A DNA stretch of 64,000 nucleotides from Mobula hypostoma. Its lineage: Eukaryota. The position numbers and the translations under genes were made by a program. Below are positions 35,293-48,574 of this stretch, piece after piece. Numbering within the stretch: position 1 is the first letter of the stretch; the number at the start of each line of letters is the position of its first letter. The stretch spans positions 199,270,001 to 199,334,000 of the forward strand of contig NC_086097.1 in assembly GCF_963921235.1 (NCBI RefSeq). Direction: 5' to 3'. The notes beneath the pieces are model-generated. The model was not told where the DNA came from, ran no database searches, and saw only the letters and a list, made by a program, of their open reading frames with translations.

Positions 35293-36504
35293 TTTGGTTC
35301 ATTGGGTCATTGGTTAATTGGGGCAGCTGCTTATTTGCAATTTTTAAAGAACAAAAACTATTTGAGAAAATCATGAGATTCCTTTCATTTATTTAGGAGA
35401 CTATGCTGCTTAATTGGGACAGGAGATTGTTGCTAACTAGTTTCTAACTAACGTCAGTTGCATACCCTTGTGTGGTTATTAGATACGTCGCCATACTTAG
35501 AGTGAACATTTTAAAATAGCATCTGTTGTGTGTGTTTATGTTCAAAAAGCAGTGAATTTTGTCACTGATAGCTGGTGAGAAATAAGAAGTAAGACAATTC
35601 AGAACTGTTTTGCTTCCTGCAGTTCAAGCATTCAGGATTAGAGATGTGAGAAAAGGCTGGGAATGAAAATTAAATTATTTCACTACTTCAACAAGTTAGG
35701 ACCTACAAAGAATTTGAAAGTTTAGACAATCATCTTGAATGTTACCACTGGTCCTCACTGGACAGTCAGCTCTCACCAGTGGCTCCTAGTAACTGTTTGC
35801 ATCAGACAGTGCCTGCATCCCGGTACACCGCTTCAACAGGCAGGCAAAACCAGCTATGAGTAACCAAATGGTTCATACCTTTTTGAGATAGGGATGTGCC
35901 AGTCCTAGCCTGTGAAGTCAGCTCTGGCAGACTGGGCAGATGAGATCCAACAGCTATGAAGGCAGTTATGGAGTGCTTCATGGGGTGTGAAGGACATCAT
36001 GCCTCTGTAATTTCCTTTACTCCAATGTAATACAGATACATCTGACTTTGGCTTCTCCTCAGATTTCAGGGTGAATTCAATCATATTATGATCACTTTCC
36101 CCGAAGGGTTCTTTTACCTTAAGCTCTTAATGTACAGAAGGCAGAGAAGAAGTCACGATCATCCCCTGTAACCAAAGAAAACCCCAGTTGTGACTTGTAG
36201 CACTAGACCCAAGCCTCTGAGGTTGAGAGAGCATAACTTCCCCAGTGTAATGGCTTTTCCACTTCAAAATTTCTCCAGCACAGGTTTCCTGACATTGTCG
36301 GATTTGACAGACAGCCACTAATAATATTGGTAGTGTTCTAATTTGTTCTGTATTTCAGTTAAATATATAATTTGTTACTCAGTTGAACAGTAGTTTATCT
36401 TTTTTGTACCTGTTTTTCTATTTCCATGAAACTTTGGCTAATTAGGTCAGCTACTGAATTGAGCCAAAATGTATTGATATGCCCCAATTAACCGGAATCC
36501 ACTG
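35293..36504. mobile_element. Tigger/pogo-like non-autonomous element with nested inserts
   Basis: Colinear with 12605-13385; right end ccccaattaaccggaatccactg; interrupted at ~35745-36317. Confidence 0.7.
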
Positions 36505-37079
36505 CATTTATGTATTTTTCATGTAAATGCCTGCAAGAAAATGAATCTCATTAGTATATGGAAACATATTCATAATTTGATAATAAAGTTACTTTGAACA
36601 CTAAATTGTTGTTAAGACTTATTCAGCCATTTGTGGGGAAGATGTGGCAGTTTTCCTGAATCAATGCATTGAGTATATACTCCATTGAGAAGGCCGCTTT
36701 TCTCCAATATCCGTGCCAGGGTACAGACTTTGCTTGTATATTCACGTCTAGCAATTCCGAGGTTGTAACATAGCAGAGCTATACAGAAATGAATACGAAA
36801 AGTTTCCCAATCTGAGAGTAGCAAGGTAATTCATGTAGGAGCCATGCATCTGTTTTCTATCTGCTTGCATTCTGTGTTGAGCATTTATTATGTTATTATG
36901 ATAACTAATCACATATGGGGGGATGGTAAAAGCAAAGTGAATAAGTTACATATTTGTCCTTTGTTCAGGGCAGTTTAGTTTGGACTCGGGTCTGACAGAT
37001 GTCGTATGTTTTAATGACCACTTAAATGCACCTACTTTACACTTAAGTTGCATAGCTTCGAGATTGTGTGTTTAGTTAT

Positions 37080-38040
37080 GTGACTATGGTCCCCTACAAT
37101 CATTAAAAAAAAACTGTATTGAACAAATCACTGATTGGATGTGCCAAAATTTCCTCCAGTTAAACAAAAAGAAAACTGAAATAATTGCTTTTGGTGCCGA
37201 AAAAGAACAACTAAATGTCAGGGCACATTTAGAGTTGCTGTCGTTACAGTCTACAAACCAAGCCAGGAACCTTGGTGTTGTGATGGAATCTGACTTAAGT
37301 TTTGTCTGTCACATTAAGTCAATTACAAAGTCAGCCTATTATCATCTTAAAAATATAGTGAGAGTTAAAGGGCTTATGTCTCAGCAAGATCTAGAAAAAC
37401 TCATCCATGCATTTATTTTTAGTAGGCTTGACGACTGTAATGGTGTTTTCACGGGTCTCTGTAAGAAATCCCTCAGACAGCTGCAGCTCATTCAGAACGC
37501 TGCTGCTAGAGTCCTCACTGAGACCTAGAAAGTAGAACACATCACTCCAGTTCTCAGATCACTGTACTGGCTTCCTGTCCACCAGAGGATTGACTTTAAA
37601 ATATTACTACTGGTTTGTAAAGCACTGAATGGTCTAGGGCCAAAAAACATTTCTGATCTCCTGCTGCATTATGAATCTTCCCAAGCTCTCAGGTCATCGG
37701 AGATGGGTCTTCCTCTCGTTCCCAAGGTCAAAACTAAACATGGTGAAGCAGCTTTTAGTTACTGTGCTCCACATATCTGGAATAACCTTGCAGAAGTTCT
37801 GAAGTCTGCCCCAACTTTAAGCTCTTTTAAATCGAGGCTTAAACTTTGCCTTTTGCTGTAGCTTTTAAATTAAAATCTCCTGCACTGTAATTTCTGTTTC
37901 TTTATTCTTATGTGTGATTTTATTTTTTTTATATTGTCTGAAATTTGATATTTGATTTTTATCTTGTTTTATGTAAAGTACTTCGAAATGCTTTGTGTTT
38001 GAAGAGTGCTGTACAAATAAACTTGCCTTTGCTTTGCTTT
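37080..38040 (+). mobile_element. L2 LINE 3' end
   Basis: ORF 37139..37528 (WMCQNFLQLN..SAYYHLKNI..HAFIFSRLDDCN..LQLIQNAAARVLT), then HITPVL..WLPV..RIDFK; aataaacttgcctttgctttgc tail. Confidence 0.92.
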
Positions 38041-38832
38041 GTTAGTTGCTATAAAGGATTGAATACATTTCTTCAACTTTGTGGAACATCATTGCTGGAG
38101 TGATTGGAGGGCATGCCATACAAGGATAACAATCTGTGGACGTTGCCAGCAGTGGCAATTTGTTTGCTGGAGTTGGCCGCTACATTATATTTAAAGGTAA
38201 TGCAGTCCAAAAAAATTAAAGTCCTACCAATGAACTGGAGCTTGGGTGTTATGAATTCTCATTTAACTTTGCTCACAACGCAAATCTCTGAGCTGAGTCT
38301 CATTTATGTGCAAAGCTGATTAATGCATCGTACTAGATAGCTTGCTCTGATGAAACTGGTCAACCTGTCTGACTATGGTTTTATGATCCCACCTCAGGAG
38401 AGGGATAAGCTGATGCTAAAAAAAATGAGGTGAGTGCCTTCTTTCACGTATGCTAATAGTGAGTCACTGATTGGTATAATATTTTGGCAGCTACACAAGT
38501 TTAGGAGTATTTTTACAAAATACATTTAATCTTTGCCTCACTGATCTGAGTTTTCTTTTATTCCATAATCAACACTACCTTGTTATTCCTTTTTGTACTA
38601 TTTATTTTTAAGACCAGAAGACCATGACCAGATGTTATAGGAGCAGAAGTAGGCTCGAGTTCGCTCCGCCATTTCATCATAGCTGATCCATTTTTCCTCT
38701 CAGACCCAATCTTCAGCCGTCTCCCCATATCCTTTACCTCATTTTGTAATTTATAGTAATTTTATGTCTTTGCACTGTACTGCTGTTGCAAAAAACAAAT
38801 GTTGTGTCATATAAGACAATGATAATAAGCTT

Positions 38833-39874
38833 GAACACAAGAGATTCTGCAGATGCTGGAAATGAAATCCAGGGTAACACATACAAAATGCTGCAGGAAC
38901 TCAGCAGGTTAGGGAGCATCTGTAGAGGCCCTCAATTAGTCAGGGTTGACCAAGGATTTGTGTCCTGGCTCTAAACACAAGCAACGTTCCTACTAATTTT
39001 CTTACAGCTGTGTGGACCAATCATTGTTGCAGCAGGAATATTTTACTTGGCCTGAAAACTGTGTGACATTTTAAATGTGTTTTATTTTGTAATACGCACA
39101 TCGAACAAACACAAATCACAACTCACAACACAGGTAAATGATATCAGACAATCAAAATAACTGTCAAGCACAACAGAAAAAGTAAAATGTTTTGACTAGA
39201 TGGTGTCGGCATTCAGTGGGTGGTGGTTTATTAACAATGAGCTACTGATTTCCATTCTGTGTTTATTGTTACAATTTATAACATTGTTGTAACGTAAAAC
39301 ACTGACAATGCAAATATGTTGAATACAGCGTGTTTCACCATTATATTAACATTTACTTCAACATTACATTCGTATAATTTCAAAATTATACGGACATTAT
39401 ATAAAAGAAATTCCAGCTGTGTGGCAGCAAAGGATATATGTGCAGGAACATTTCAGTCATTGCACAGCTGCTCACCCGTGCAGCTTAGAGTGAACACTGC
39501 ACACAAGCCAGTGCAGTACAATATGCAGTAGAGCTTTGAGATCAGAGATTTCCTTCTCCTAGATATTCTGCCAATCATAGTTGATGAGCACTATCTGCTC
39601 AGAGCAACTTGTTTTCAGGCACCATTAACCTGCCTTTGCCCCTTCTGTCAGTCGAAGTCTTTCCACCGGGCTTAGTAGCTGAGCCGCACATGAAGCTGGA
39701 CTCAGTTGTCAGAGGCTATTTGAGACACACACCATTGGGAACATTTAAAGTGTAGTGGGAGCTCATCCCCATTACACTCCCCCTACCCCTGGATATGGCA
39801 ACCTTAAGGAACAAGGAAATATATATGGAGGGGAATAAAGAGTTGGCATTTCACGCAAAGACCTTTCATCAGGA
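38833..39874 (-). mobile_element. Penelope-like solo terminal unit split by nested insertions
   Basis: 38833-38927 (aacacaagagattctgcagatgctgg..agcatctgtagagg) continues at ~39823-39874 (atggaggggaataaa..acctttcatcagga). Confidence 0.7.
38982..39499. mobile_element. hAT-type MITE
   Basis: TIRs caacgttcctactaa / ttagagtgaacactg; 8-bp TSD aacacaag (38974-38981) / cacacaag (39500-39507). Confidence 0.8.
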
Positions 39875-40316
39875 TATAAGCCTGATTAGGTTCTGAAATA
39901 TTTTAATATTAATAATGAGGCAGTAGATAAATATTAGAAATTTATTTTTCATTCATTAATTATTTAGGTTCTCTAACTGTGACTGCAAGAAACTGCAGTG
40001 AGTTACAGACACAGTTCAGCACATCATGGAAACCAGCCTCCCCTCCATAGACTCTGTCTACACACCTCGGTGCCTTGGTAATGCAGATGGCTTAATCAAA
40101 AATCCCACCTACCCTGGACATTCTCTCTCTCCCACATCCCCTTCCTATCAGGCAGAAGTTGCAAAAGGTTGAAATCATTCCCCACCAATCTCAAGAGGAG
40201 CTTCTGTCCCACTGTTATACCAGTGAATGGTTTTCTAGTACGATAAGATTGACTCTTGATCTCACAATCTACGTCATTGTCAGCTTGTATCTTATTACCT
40301 GTCTGCACAGTGCTTT

Positions 40317-40848
40317 AACAACAGGAATTCTGCAGATGCTGGAAATTCAAGCAACACACATCAAAGTTGCTGGTGAATGCAGCAGGCCAGGCAGCATCTC
40401 TAGGAAGAGGTACAGTCGACTTTTCAGGCCGAGACCCTTCGTCAGGACTAACTGAAGGAAGAGTGAGTAAGGGATTTGAAAGTTGGAGGGGGAGGGGGAG
40501 ATCCAAAATGATAGGAGAAGACAGGAGGGGGAGGGATGGAGCCAAGAGCTGGACAGGTGATGGGCAAAAGGGATACGAGAGGATCATGGGACAGGAGATC
40601 TGGGAAGAAAGACAAGGGGGGGGGAACCAGAGGATGGGCAAGGGGTATATTCAGAGGGACAGAGGGAGAAAAAGGAGAGTGAGAGAAAGAATGTGTGCAT
40701 AAAAATAAGTAACAGATGGGGTACGAGGGGGAGGTGGGGCATTAGCGGAAGTTAGAGAAGTCGATGTTCATGCCATCAGGTTGGAGGCTACCCGGACGGA
40801 ATATAAGGTGTTGTTCCTCCAACCTGAGTGTGGCTTCATCTTTACAGT
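40317..40848 (-). mobile_element. Penelope-like element, 5'-truncated (end of GIY-YIG, 3'UTR, terminal repeat with hammerhead at 40414-40449)
   Basis: Nearly identical to 11564-12055 plus the tail aacaacaggaattctgcag. Confidence 0.92.
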
Positions 40849-41069
40849 ATTTGGCCACAGATTGCACCATGACATTGCAAGTGCTTCGATGTTGTTTTTT
40901 TTTCTCAGGGAAAGAAGAAACAGCATATACAAAACCCCATTGGAAATCAGCTAATCAGATACTTTTGAAAGGAGCGTGAAAGTAAAGGCATTGGCCCAAT
41001 ATTGGAATAAAAACAGAAAATAATCGAAACATTCGGCATCAGTCAGTACTTATGGAACGCGTTCCAACC

Positions 41070-42660
41070 TCAGTGGAATAAACCTATTTGCATTTACCTT
41101 ATCTATACCCTTCATAATTTTGTATACCTCTATCAAATCTCCCCTCAAACTTCTACATTCCAGTGAATAAAGTCCTAAGCCATTCCCTATAACTCAGATC
41201 CTCGTCCCAGCACCGTCCTTGTAAATTTTCTCAGCACTCTTTCAAATTTATTTACATCTTTCCTGTAGGTAGGTAACCAAATTGGACACACTACTCCAAA
41301 TTAGGCCTCACCAAAGTCTTACACAACTTCAACATGATATCCCAACTCCTGTACTCAATGCATTGATTTATGAAGGCTAATGTCAGAGAGGTAACTATCT
41401 ACAACAATTTTCCAGCTTCTTCCCTGGAGCAAATATCTCTTCAAATTTACTACCTCATCTTGAACACCAAGAAAATGAGCCTTCTTGATTAACATACCAT
41501 GCAGTACCTTGTCAAAGGCCTTGTTAAAGTCCATGTAGATGACATTCACTGCCTTGCCTTCATCAACTTTCCTGGTAACTGCTTTGAAAAACTCTTTGTT
41601 ACACACAACTTACAATCCTATACACACACAAAGCCATGTTGACTATCCCTAATCAGTCCATCTACCCACACATTTATATTATATCCAGTACCTTAGAACT
41701 CGTTCCAATTACTTACCCACACTGTTGTCAGGCTCTCCCACTTAAACAACAGAGCAACATTAGCTATCCACCAATCCTCTGGCACCTCACCTGTGGCTAA
41801 GGACCTGCTAGTGACCCTGGAATATCTGCACTAGCCTCCCCCAGGGTCCAAGGGACCTCCCTGTCAGGCTCTAAGGATCTGTTAACCGCAATTTGACTCA
41901 GGACACCAAATACCACTATCTCTGTGATCTATATAGAGTCCATGATCTTGCTGCTGTATTGCTTCTTATCTAAAGATCTCTGTGTCCATCTCCCGAATAT
42001 GGTAGTCCCTGTCAATATGTGGAAAGTTAAAATCACCTACTATCACAACTTTATGTTTCTTGCAACAGTCTGTGATCTCTCTACAAATTTGCTCTAAACC
42101 CTATGGAACGTTGGGTAGTCTATGATATAATCCCATTCATGTGGTCATAGCTTTCTTATTCCTCAGTTCTACCCATAAAGCTTCACTGGATGAGTTCTCC
42201 AGTCTGTCCTGACTGAGCATTGCTGTGACATTTTTGCTGTCCAGTAATTACGCCACTCCCCCTTTAATCCATCCCATTATATCAGGTCTAAAATGCTAGA
42301 ACCCTGATACAATAACCAGCTTGCCCTTCCCCTCCTGCAACCAAGTCTAACTAATGGCTACAATGTCATAATTTCTTGTAAGCTTACCTGCCTTTCCTAT
42401 AAAACTCCTTGTATTAAATATACACAGCTCGGAACAATGGTCCAACCATGCTCAACATTTGTTTCTTGAGCTTGTGTCCAAGGTTAGCAACATCTTTCTC
42501 CTCAACCGCTCCACTATCTGTGCTGGTGCTCTGGTTTCTGTCCCCCTGCTACTCTAGTTTGAACTTCCCTACCCCCGTGCAGTACCAAATATGTGAAGCC
42601 CTCCCTCCTTAGCTATGAGTTAAACTGTAAGATCTTCCTTTTTCTGGTCTCATTAGCATG
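41070..42660 (-). mobile_element. CR1 LINE fragments with multiple internal deletions
   Basis: ORF 41355..41606 (VIYMDFNKAFDKVLH); GDFNFPH at ~42015-42040; ORF1-end motifs near 42600. Confidence 0.8.
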
Positions 42661-42834
42661 GGCAGTCATAGGGTTATACAACATGAAAACAGGCCCTTCT
42701 TGCCCAACATGTCTAAGCTAGTCCCATTTGTTTGCATTTAGCTTCTATCTTTTAAAGCTTTCCTAGCCACGTACTTGTCCAAATGTCTTTTAAAAATGCA
42801 ATTGTACTCACCTCTACCTCTTTTTCTGACAGGG

Positions 42835-44465
42835 TAGGTACATCCCAAAGATGAAGAAGTATCCTAATATCAGAATGACACACGCATGGCTGAAAGGAAA
42901 GTCAAAGACAACACAGAAGCAAAAGGGAGGGCATATAATATAGCAAAATTAGTGGGAAGGTAGAGGTTTGTGAAGCTTTTGGAAACCAACAGAGGGCAAC
43001 TAAAAAGCCATAGGGAAGGGAAAGATAAAATACAAAGGTAAGCTAGCCAATCATATCAGAGAAAATACCAAACATTTATGCAGATATATAAAGAGTAAAA
43101 GAGAGGTGGGAGTGGATATCAGACCACTGGAAAATGATGCTGAAGAGGTAGTAATTGGAGACAAGGAAATGGCAGACAAACTGAATAAATATTTTACATC
43201 AGTATTCACTGTGGATGACACCAGCAGTATGCTGGAAGCTTAAGAGTGTCAGGGGGCAGAAGTGAATACAGTACCTATTACAATGGAAGCTGAAAGGTCA
43301 TCTGAAAGCAGGATGGTCTGCACCCCAGGGTTCTGAAGGAAGCAGCTGAAGAAATTGTGGAGGCATTAATAATAATCTTTCAAGAGTCACTGGATTCTGC
43401 CATGGTTCCAGAGTATTGGAAAATTGCAAATGTCACTTCTGTCTTCAAGAAAGGAGGGAGCCAGAAGAAAGTAAATTTTAGGCCATTTAGCCTGATCTCA
43501 GTGGTTGGCGAGATATTGGAGTTGATTGTTAAGGATGAAGTCTCAGTGTACTTGGAGACACTTGATAAAATAGGCCAAAGTCGGTATGGTTTCCTTAAGG
43601 GAAAATCTTACCTAACAAAGCTGTTGGAATACTTTAAGGAAATAACAATCAGGATGGACAAAGGAGAATTGGTGGATGATGTGCACTTGAATTTTCAGAA
43701 ATCCTTTCACAAGGTGCTGCATATGAAGCTGCTTGCATGACGGAATTAATAGCTTTGTGGCCAAGTTTGTAGATGCTATGAAGATATATGGATGGGCAAG
43801 TAGTGTTGAGAAAGTAGGGAGGCATTCACTTTAGCATTCATTTAAAGAGGACTAGAATGTAAAAGCAAGGATGTAATGCTAAAGCTTTATAAGACACTGG
43901 TGAGCACTTGGAGTATTGTGAGCTGTTTTGGGCTGTTAATTGAAGAAAAGATGTGCTGATATTGGAGAGGATTCAGAGGAACTTCATGAGAATGATTCCA
44001 GGAATGAAAGGCTTATAGTATGAGGAGCAATTGATGGTTCTTGGCCTTTACTTGATAGATTTTAGGAGAATAAGGGAGGAATCACATTGAAACCTATCAA
44101 TTGTTGAAAGGCCTCAATATAGTGGATGTGGAGAGGATATTTCCTATTGTGGGAGAGTCTAGGACCAGAGGGCACAGTGTCAGAATAGAGGGACGGCCAT
44201 TATGGAGATGAGGAGGAGTTTCTTTAGCCAGTGGGTGGTGAATCTGTCAAATTTGTTGCTACAAGTGGCTGTGGAGGCCAAGTAACTGGGTATATTTAAA
44301 GTGGAAGCTAATAATTTCTTGATTAGTCAGGGCGTGAAAGATTACAGGAAGGAGGCAGAAGAATGGGTTTGACAGGGAAAATGGATTAGCCATGATGAAA
44401 TAAAGGAGAAAACCCAATGGGCTGAATGGCCTAATTCTGCTCCTGTGTCTCACAGTCTTATGGTT
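42835..44465 (+). mobile_element. CR1 LINE ORF2 and 3' end
   Basis: ORF 43357..43740 (WKIANVTSVFKKG..GFLKGKS..); 3'UTR gggctgaatggcctaattctgctcct. Confidence 0.9.
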
Positions 44466-45244
44466 TATGTTTTGCCCCAGTTTTATTTCCAACAACTGAT
44501 CTCTGCACAATTGTTGATAGTAAATTCCATGTGTCGTTCTATTACCCACTTTCATAGATGATCTACAATAGTTCCCGTTGTAACCTCAGATGATCTTCTT
44601 CACTGTCCACTACACCACCGGTTTTAGTGTTGTCCACAGACCTACTAATTGTGCCAACTAGATTCTTATCTGAATCATAATATGGATGGCAGACAGCAGA
44701 AGCCCTAGCACCAATCCCTGAGGCACAGTACTGGTCACAGGTTTACATTCAGAATAACAAACATCCTATTACCAAGCCAAATGGAATTCCTGCGGATGTT
44801 TTCCCTCGCAGGTCCAAGGATAATTTTATTGCCGCCACGTCTGCACTAAGTCAAAGCAGTTAGCCAACACATTAAAATTGTGATTCTATTCTGTCTCAAT
44901 GGCATACTTTCAAAAATAGGGCAAGTTCATAATGATCAATGTTGTTGACATTATACCCAGCAGAAAGCAGAGACATTTGAATTACCATTAACAGCTGCTT
45001 CCATTGGCACAGCCCTTTGATAACATGCAACAAAATGTTTACTGAACTTTTATTTGGATTTAAATGTTGCAAGTTATTAATTTCAAAGTTAACTAATGTG
45101 TATAGTCATTGCAAGAGCTAAGAAGATGGAAGACAAAATGGAAATGGGAACTGGAACAGGTACTTACTGAGGTGCTTTAGACTCTCTGCATCAATTATCT
45201 GGTTAAAAGGAGGAAACATTCCCTCAGCCTTCAAGGAAATTGTC

Positions 45245-46730
45245 CAAGGAAGATATAAGAAAGGACATTTAGGCCACTTAGCCTAACTGCAATAGTCGGG
45301 AAAGTGTTGGAGTCTATTACTAAGGATGAGGTTTTGGGATAGTTAGAGACTAATAAGTCAAAGTCAGTATGCTTGCTGTAAAAGGAAATCTTGCCTGACA
45401 AATCTGTTAGATTTCTTTGAGGAAGTAACAAGCAGGGTGGACAAAGGAGAGGCAGTGGATGTCATTTACTTGGATTTTCAGAAGGCATTTGATTTAGGTG
45501 CCATACATGAGGCTGCTTAACAAGATACTGACATGGATAGTGGAATGGCTTACAGAATGGCAGCAACTGGGAATAAAAGGAACCTTTTCTGGTCGGCTGC
45601 CAGTGACCAGTGGTGTTCCTCAGGGGTCAGTATTGGGACCGTTACTTTTCACATTGTTTGTCAGTGATTTGGATAATGGAATTGATGGCTTTGTGGCAAA
45701 GTTTGCGGTTGATACCAATATAGGTGGAGGGGTAGGTAGTTCTGAGAAAGCAATGTGATTGCAGCAGAACTTAGACAAATTGGAAGAATGCGCAAAAAAG
45801 TGGCAGATGAAATACAGTAAACAACAGGAATTCTGCAGATGCTGGAAATTCAAGCAACATACATCAAAGTTGCTGGTGAACGCAGCAGGCCAAGCAGCAT
45901 CTATAGGAAGAGGCGTAGTCGACGTTTCAGGCCGAAACCCTTCGTCAGGACGGAATACAGTGTTGGGAAATATATGACAATGCATTTTGGTAAAAGTAAC
46001 AATAGTGGAGACTATTATATAAATAGGGAGAAGGTTCAAACATCAGAGATTCAGAGGTGCAAGATTCCTAGAAGGTTAATTTACAGGTTGAGCCTGTGGT
46101 TAAAAAGTCAAATGCAATGTTGACACCTATTTCAAGGGAATAGAATATAAAATGCTTAGGCTTTATAAGACACTAGTATTATCAACAGTTTTGGGGCCTA
46201 TATCTCAGAAAGCAAGTGTTGTCATTGGAGAGAGTCCAGAGGAAGTTCATGAGGCTGATTCCGGGAATGAAGGAGTTAATATATGAAGAGCATTTGGCAG
46301 CTTTGGGCCTGTACTCACTGGAATTTAGAAGAATGCAGGGAGATCTCATTGAAACCTCCCAAATGTTGAAAGGACTGGATAGGGTGGATGTGGAGATGAT
46401 GTTTCCTATGGTGGGGGTACCCAGAACTAGAGGGCACAGATTCAAAATTGAGGGATAACCTTTTGGAACAGAGGTAAGGAGGAATTCTTTTAGCCAGAGA
46501 GTAGTGAATCTGTGGAATGCTCTGCCACTGACTGCAATGGAGACCAAGTCTGTGAGTATATTTAAGGTGGAAGCTGATAGTTTCTTGATTGGTCAGGGCA
46601 TCAAAGGATATGGGGAGAAGGCAGGTGTATGGGGTTGAGTGGGAACCCAGATCAGCCATGATGGAATGGCAGGATTGGACTTGATGGGCTGAATGGCCTA
46701 ATTCTGCTCCTATGTCTTATGGTCTTATGG
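45245..46730 (+). mobile_element. CR1 LINE RT and 3' end
   Basis: ORFs 45498..45758 (SGVPQGSVLGPLLF..FAVDT) and 46216..46458; (cttatggt)n tail. Confidence 0.92.
45819..45951 (-). mobile_element. Penelope-like solo terminal unit (hammerhead 45917-45951 + tail) inserted in CR1
   Basis: Minus strand gtc-CTGACGA-agggtttcggcct-GAAA-C-GTC-gact...; TSD aatacagt at 45811-45818 and 45954-45961. Confidence 0.92.
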
Positions 46731-47541
46731 ACTAACATCAGCACTCAGTGGCAGATAAAATTAAATTTGCTGCATCCAGATGGCATGTTAAATGAATGGT
46801 TACTAGTGGTTCTTGGCTTTTCTCCAGTATACATTTAATGATACTGCATGATACACGGCTTGCCATGGCAACTAATGGGCAGAGCAATTCCACAGATAGA
46901 CACATGGCATAACAGTTCCATCCCTGGAACGATGACTTTATCCTGGCTGGTGTGTGATGAGTCTGTGCCCACTGTATCGCCCACTGAGCAAAAGGCTCCC
47001 TGCTGCTTTTCTAGCAACCTGCCCACAGGCTCTGACTGAACGCAGCTGATTCATTTTACACTTTCTTTCTAACTGTGTGCTCCCAATGTTGCCATCAGAG
47101 CCACTTTAGTAGTTACATCCCCTTAATTACATTGTGTATGAATGCTAAGATATCAGCGTCAGTATCCCTGTTCTTTCAATCACAGGGAGACTGGATCAGA
47201 GATGAATGGTCATGTGGAGGTTGTGGTAGGGCAAGGATAGCCTAGGACAGTTGTAGCAAGTGAGATCTTTGAACTAAGACTGCTGAAAACACCTGTTGTT
47301 ACTACAGACAAGATAGGCTGGATTGACTGCAGCAGTGTGTGCTCAAGCCAGATGACTGAGGTCTGTACAGTGAGGCCTTTCCAGAAAGCTCTTCCTAAAA
47401 TATAGTGTCCCTTTAAATAATAAGGGGTACTGGAGACAGATGAAATAAGAATACTGGTAGGATATGAAACATACCCAACAAATAAGGCTCTGTTGTCTTA
47501 CTAACTTCAAAATATCATCAGCTGTCTGCTTGAAGTTTCAA

Positions 47542-48574
47542 TCACAAACAAAATGCTGGAAATCCAAGCAACACACACAAATTACTGGAGGAACTCAGCA
47601 GGCCAGGCAGCATCTATGGAAAAAAGTACAGTCGACATTTCGGGCCAAAAGTTTTTGGCAGTACTGGAGTAAAAAAGCTGAAGGAGTAGATTTAAAAGGT
47701 GGGGGGAGGGGAGAGAGAAATGCCAGGCGATAGGTGAAACCTGAAGGAAAGGGATGATGAAGAGCTGGGAAGTTGATTGGTGAAAGAGACAGCAGGCCAT
47801 GGAAGAAAGAAAAGGGGAGGAGCACCACAGGGAGGCATTGGGTGGGCAAGGAGATAAGGTGAGAGAGGGAAAGGGGGATGGGAAATGGTGAAGTGGGTGG
47901 GGGCAATACTAGAAGTTCGAGAAATCGATGTTCATGCCATCAGGTTCAAAGCTACCCAGATGGAATATAAGGTGTGGTTCCTCCAAACCAAGTGTAGCCT
48001 TATCACAACAGTGGTGGAGGCCTTGGATAGACATATCGGGATGAGAATGGGAAGTGGAATTAAAATGGGTGGCCACTGGGAGATCCCACTTTTTTTGGTG
48101 GACAGAGAGTAGGTGCTCGGTGAAGTGGTCTCCCAATCTATGTTGGGACTCACCGATACATATGAAGCAACACTGGGAGCATCGGACACAGTATATGACC
48201 CCAACAGACTCACAGGTAAAGTGTCGCCTCACCTGGAAGGACTGTTTAGGGCCCTCAATGGTAGTGAGTGAGGAGGTGTAGGGACAAGTGTAGCACTTGT
48301 TCCACTTGTAAGGATAAGTGTCAGAAGGAAGATCTGTGGAGGGATGAATAGACAAGAGAGTTGCTTAGGGAGTGATCCCTGCGGAAAACAGAAAGTGGGG
48401 GAAGGGAAAGATATGCTTGGTGGTGGGATCCTGTTGGAGATGGCAGAAGTTTCAGAGAATTATGTGCTGGTGCATCCATTTCACGCATATCTGCTCTTAC
48501 CCCATCCTTCCAACACCTTACCAGGGATAGGGTTCCTCTTGTCCTCACCTCCCACCCCACCAGCCTCCGCATCC
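47542..48574 (-). mobile_element. Penelope-like element (second subfamily) with GIY-YIG domain and 5' inversion
   Basis: ORF 47909..48355 (CYTCPY..FTCESVGVIYCVRCSQC..IGES); terminal repeat at 47542-47665; 48471-48574 is in opposite orientation. Confidence 0.9.

Noticed and set aside
36612..36830. Possible host coding exon (cag...gtaatt on plus strand; 70-aa ORF on minus strand)
   Set aside because: All three plus frames hit stops and the minus peptide resembles nothing I recognise; it may be non-coding unique sequence.
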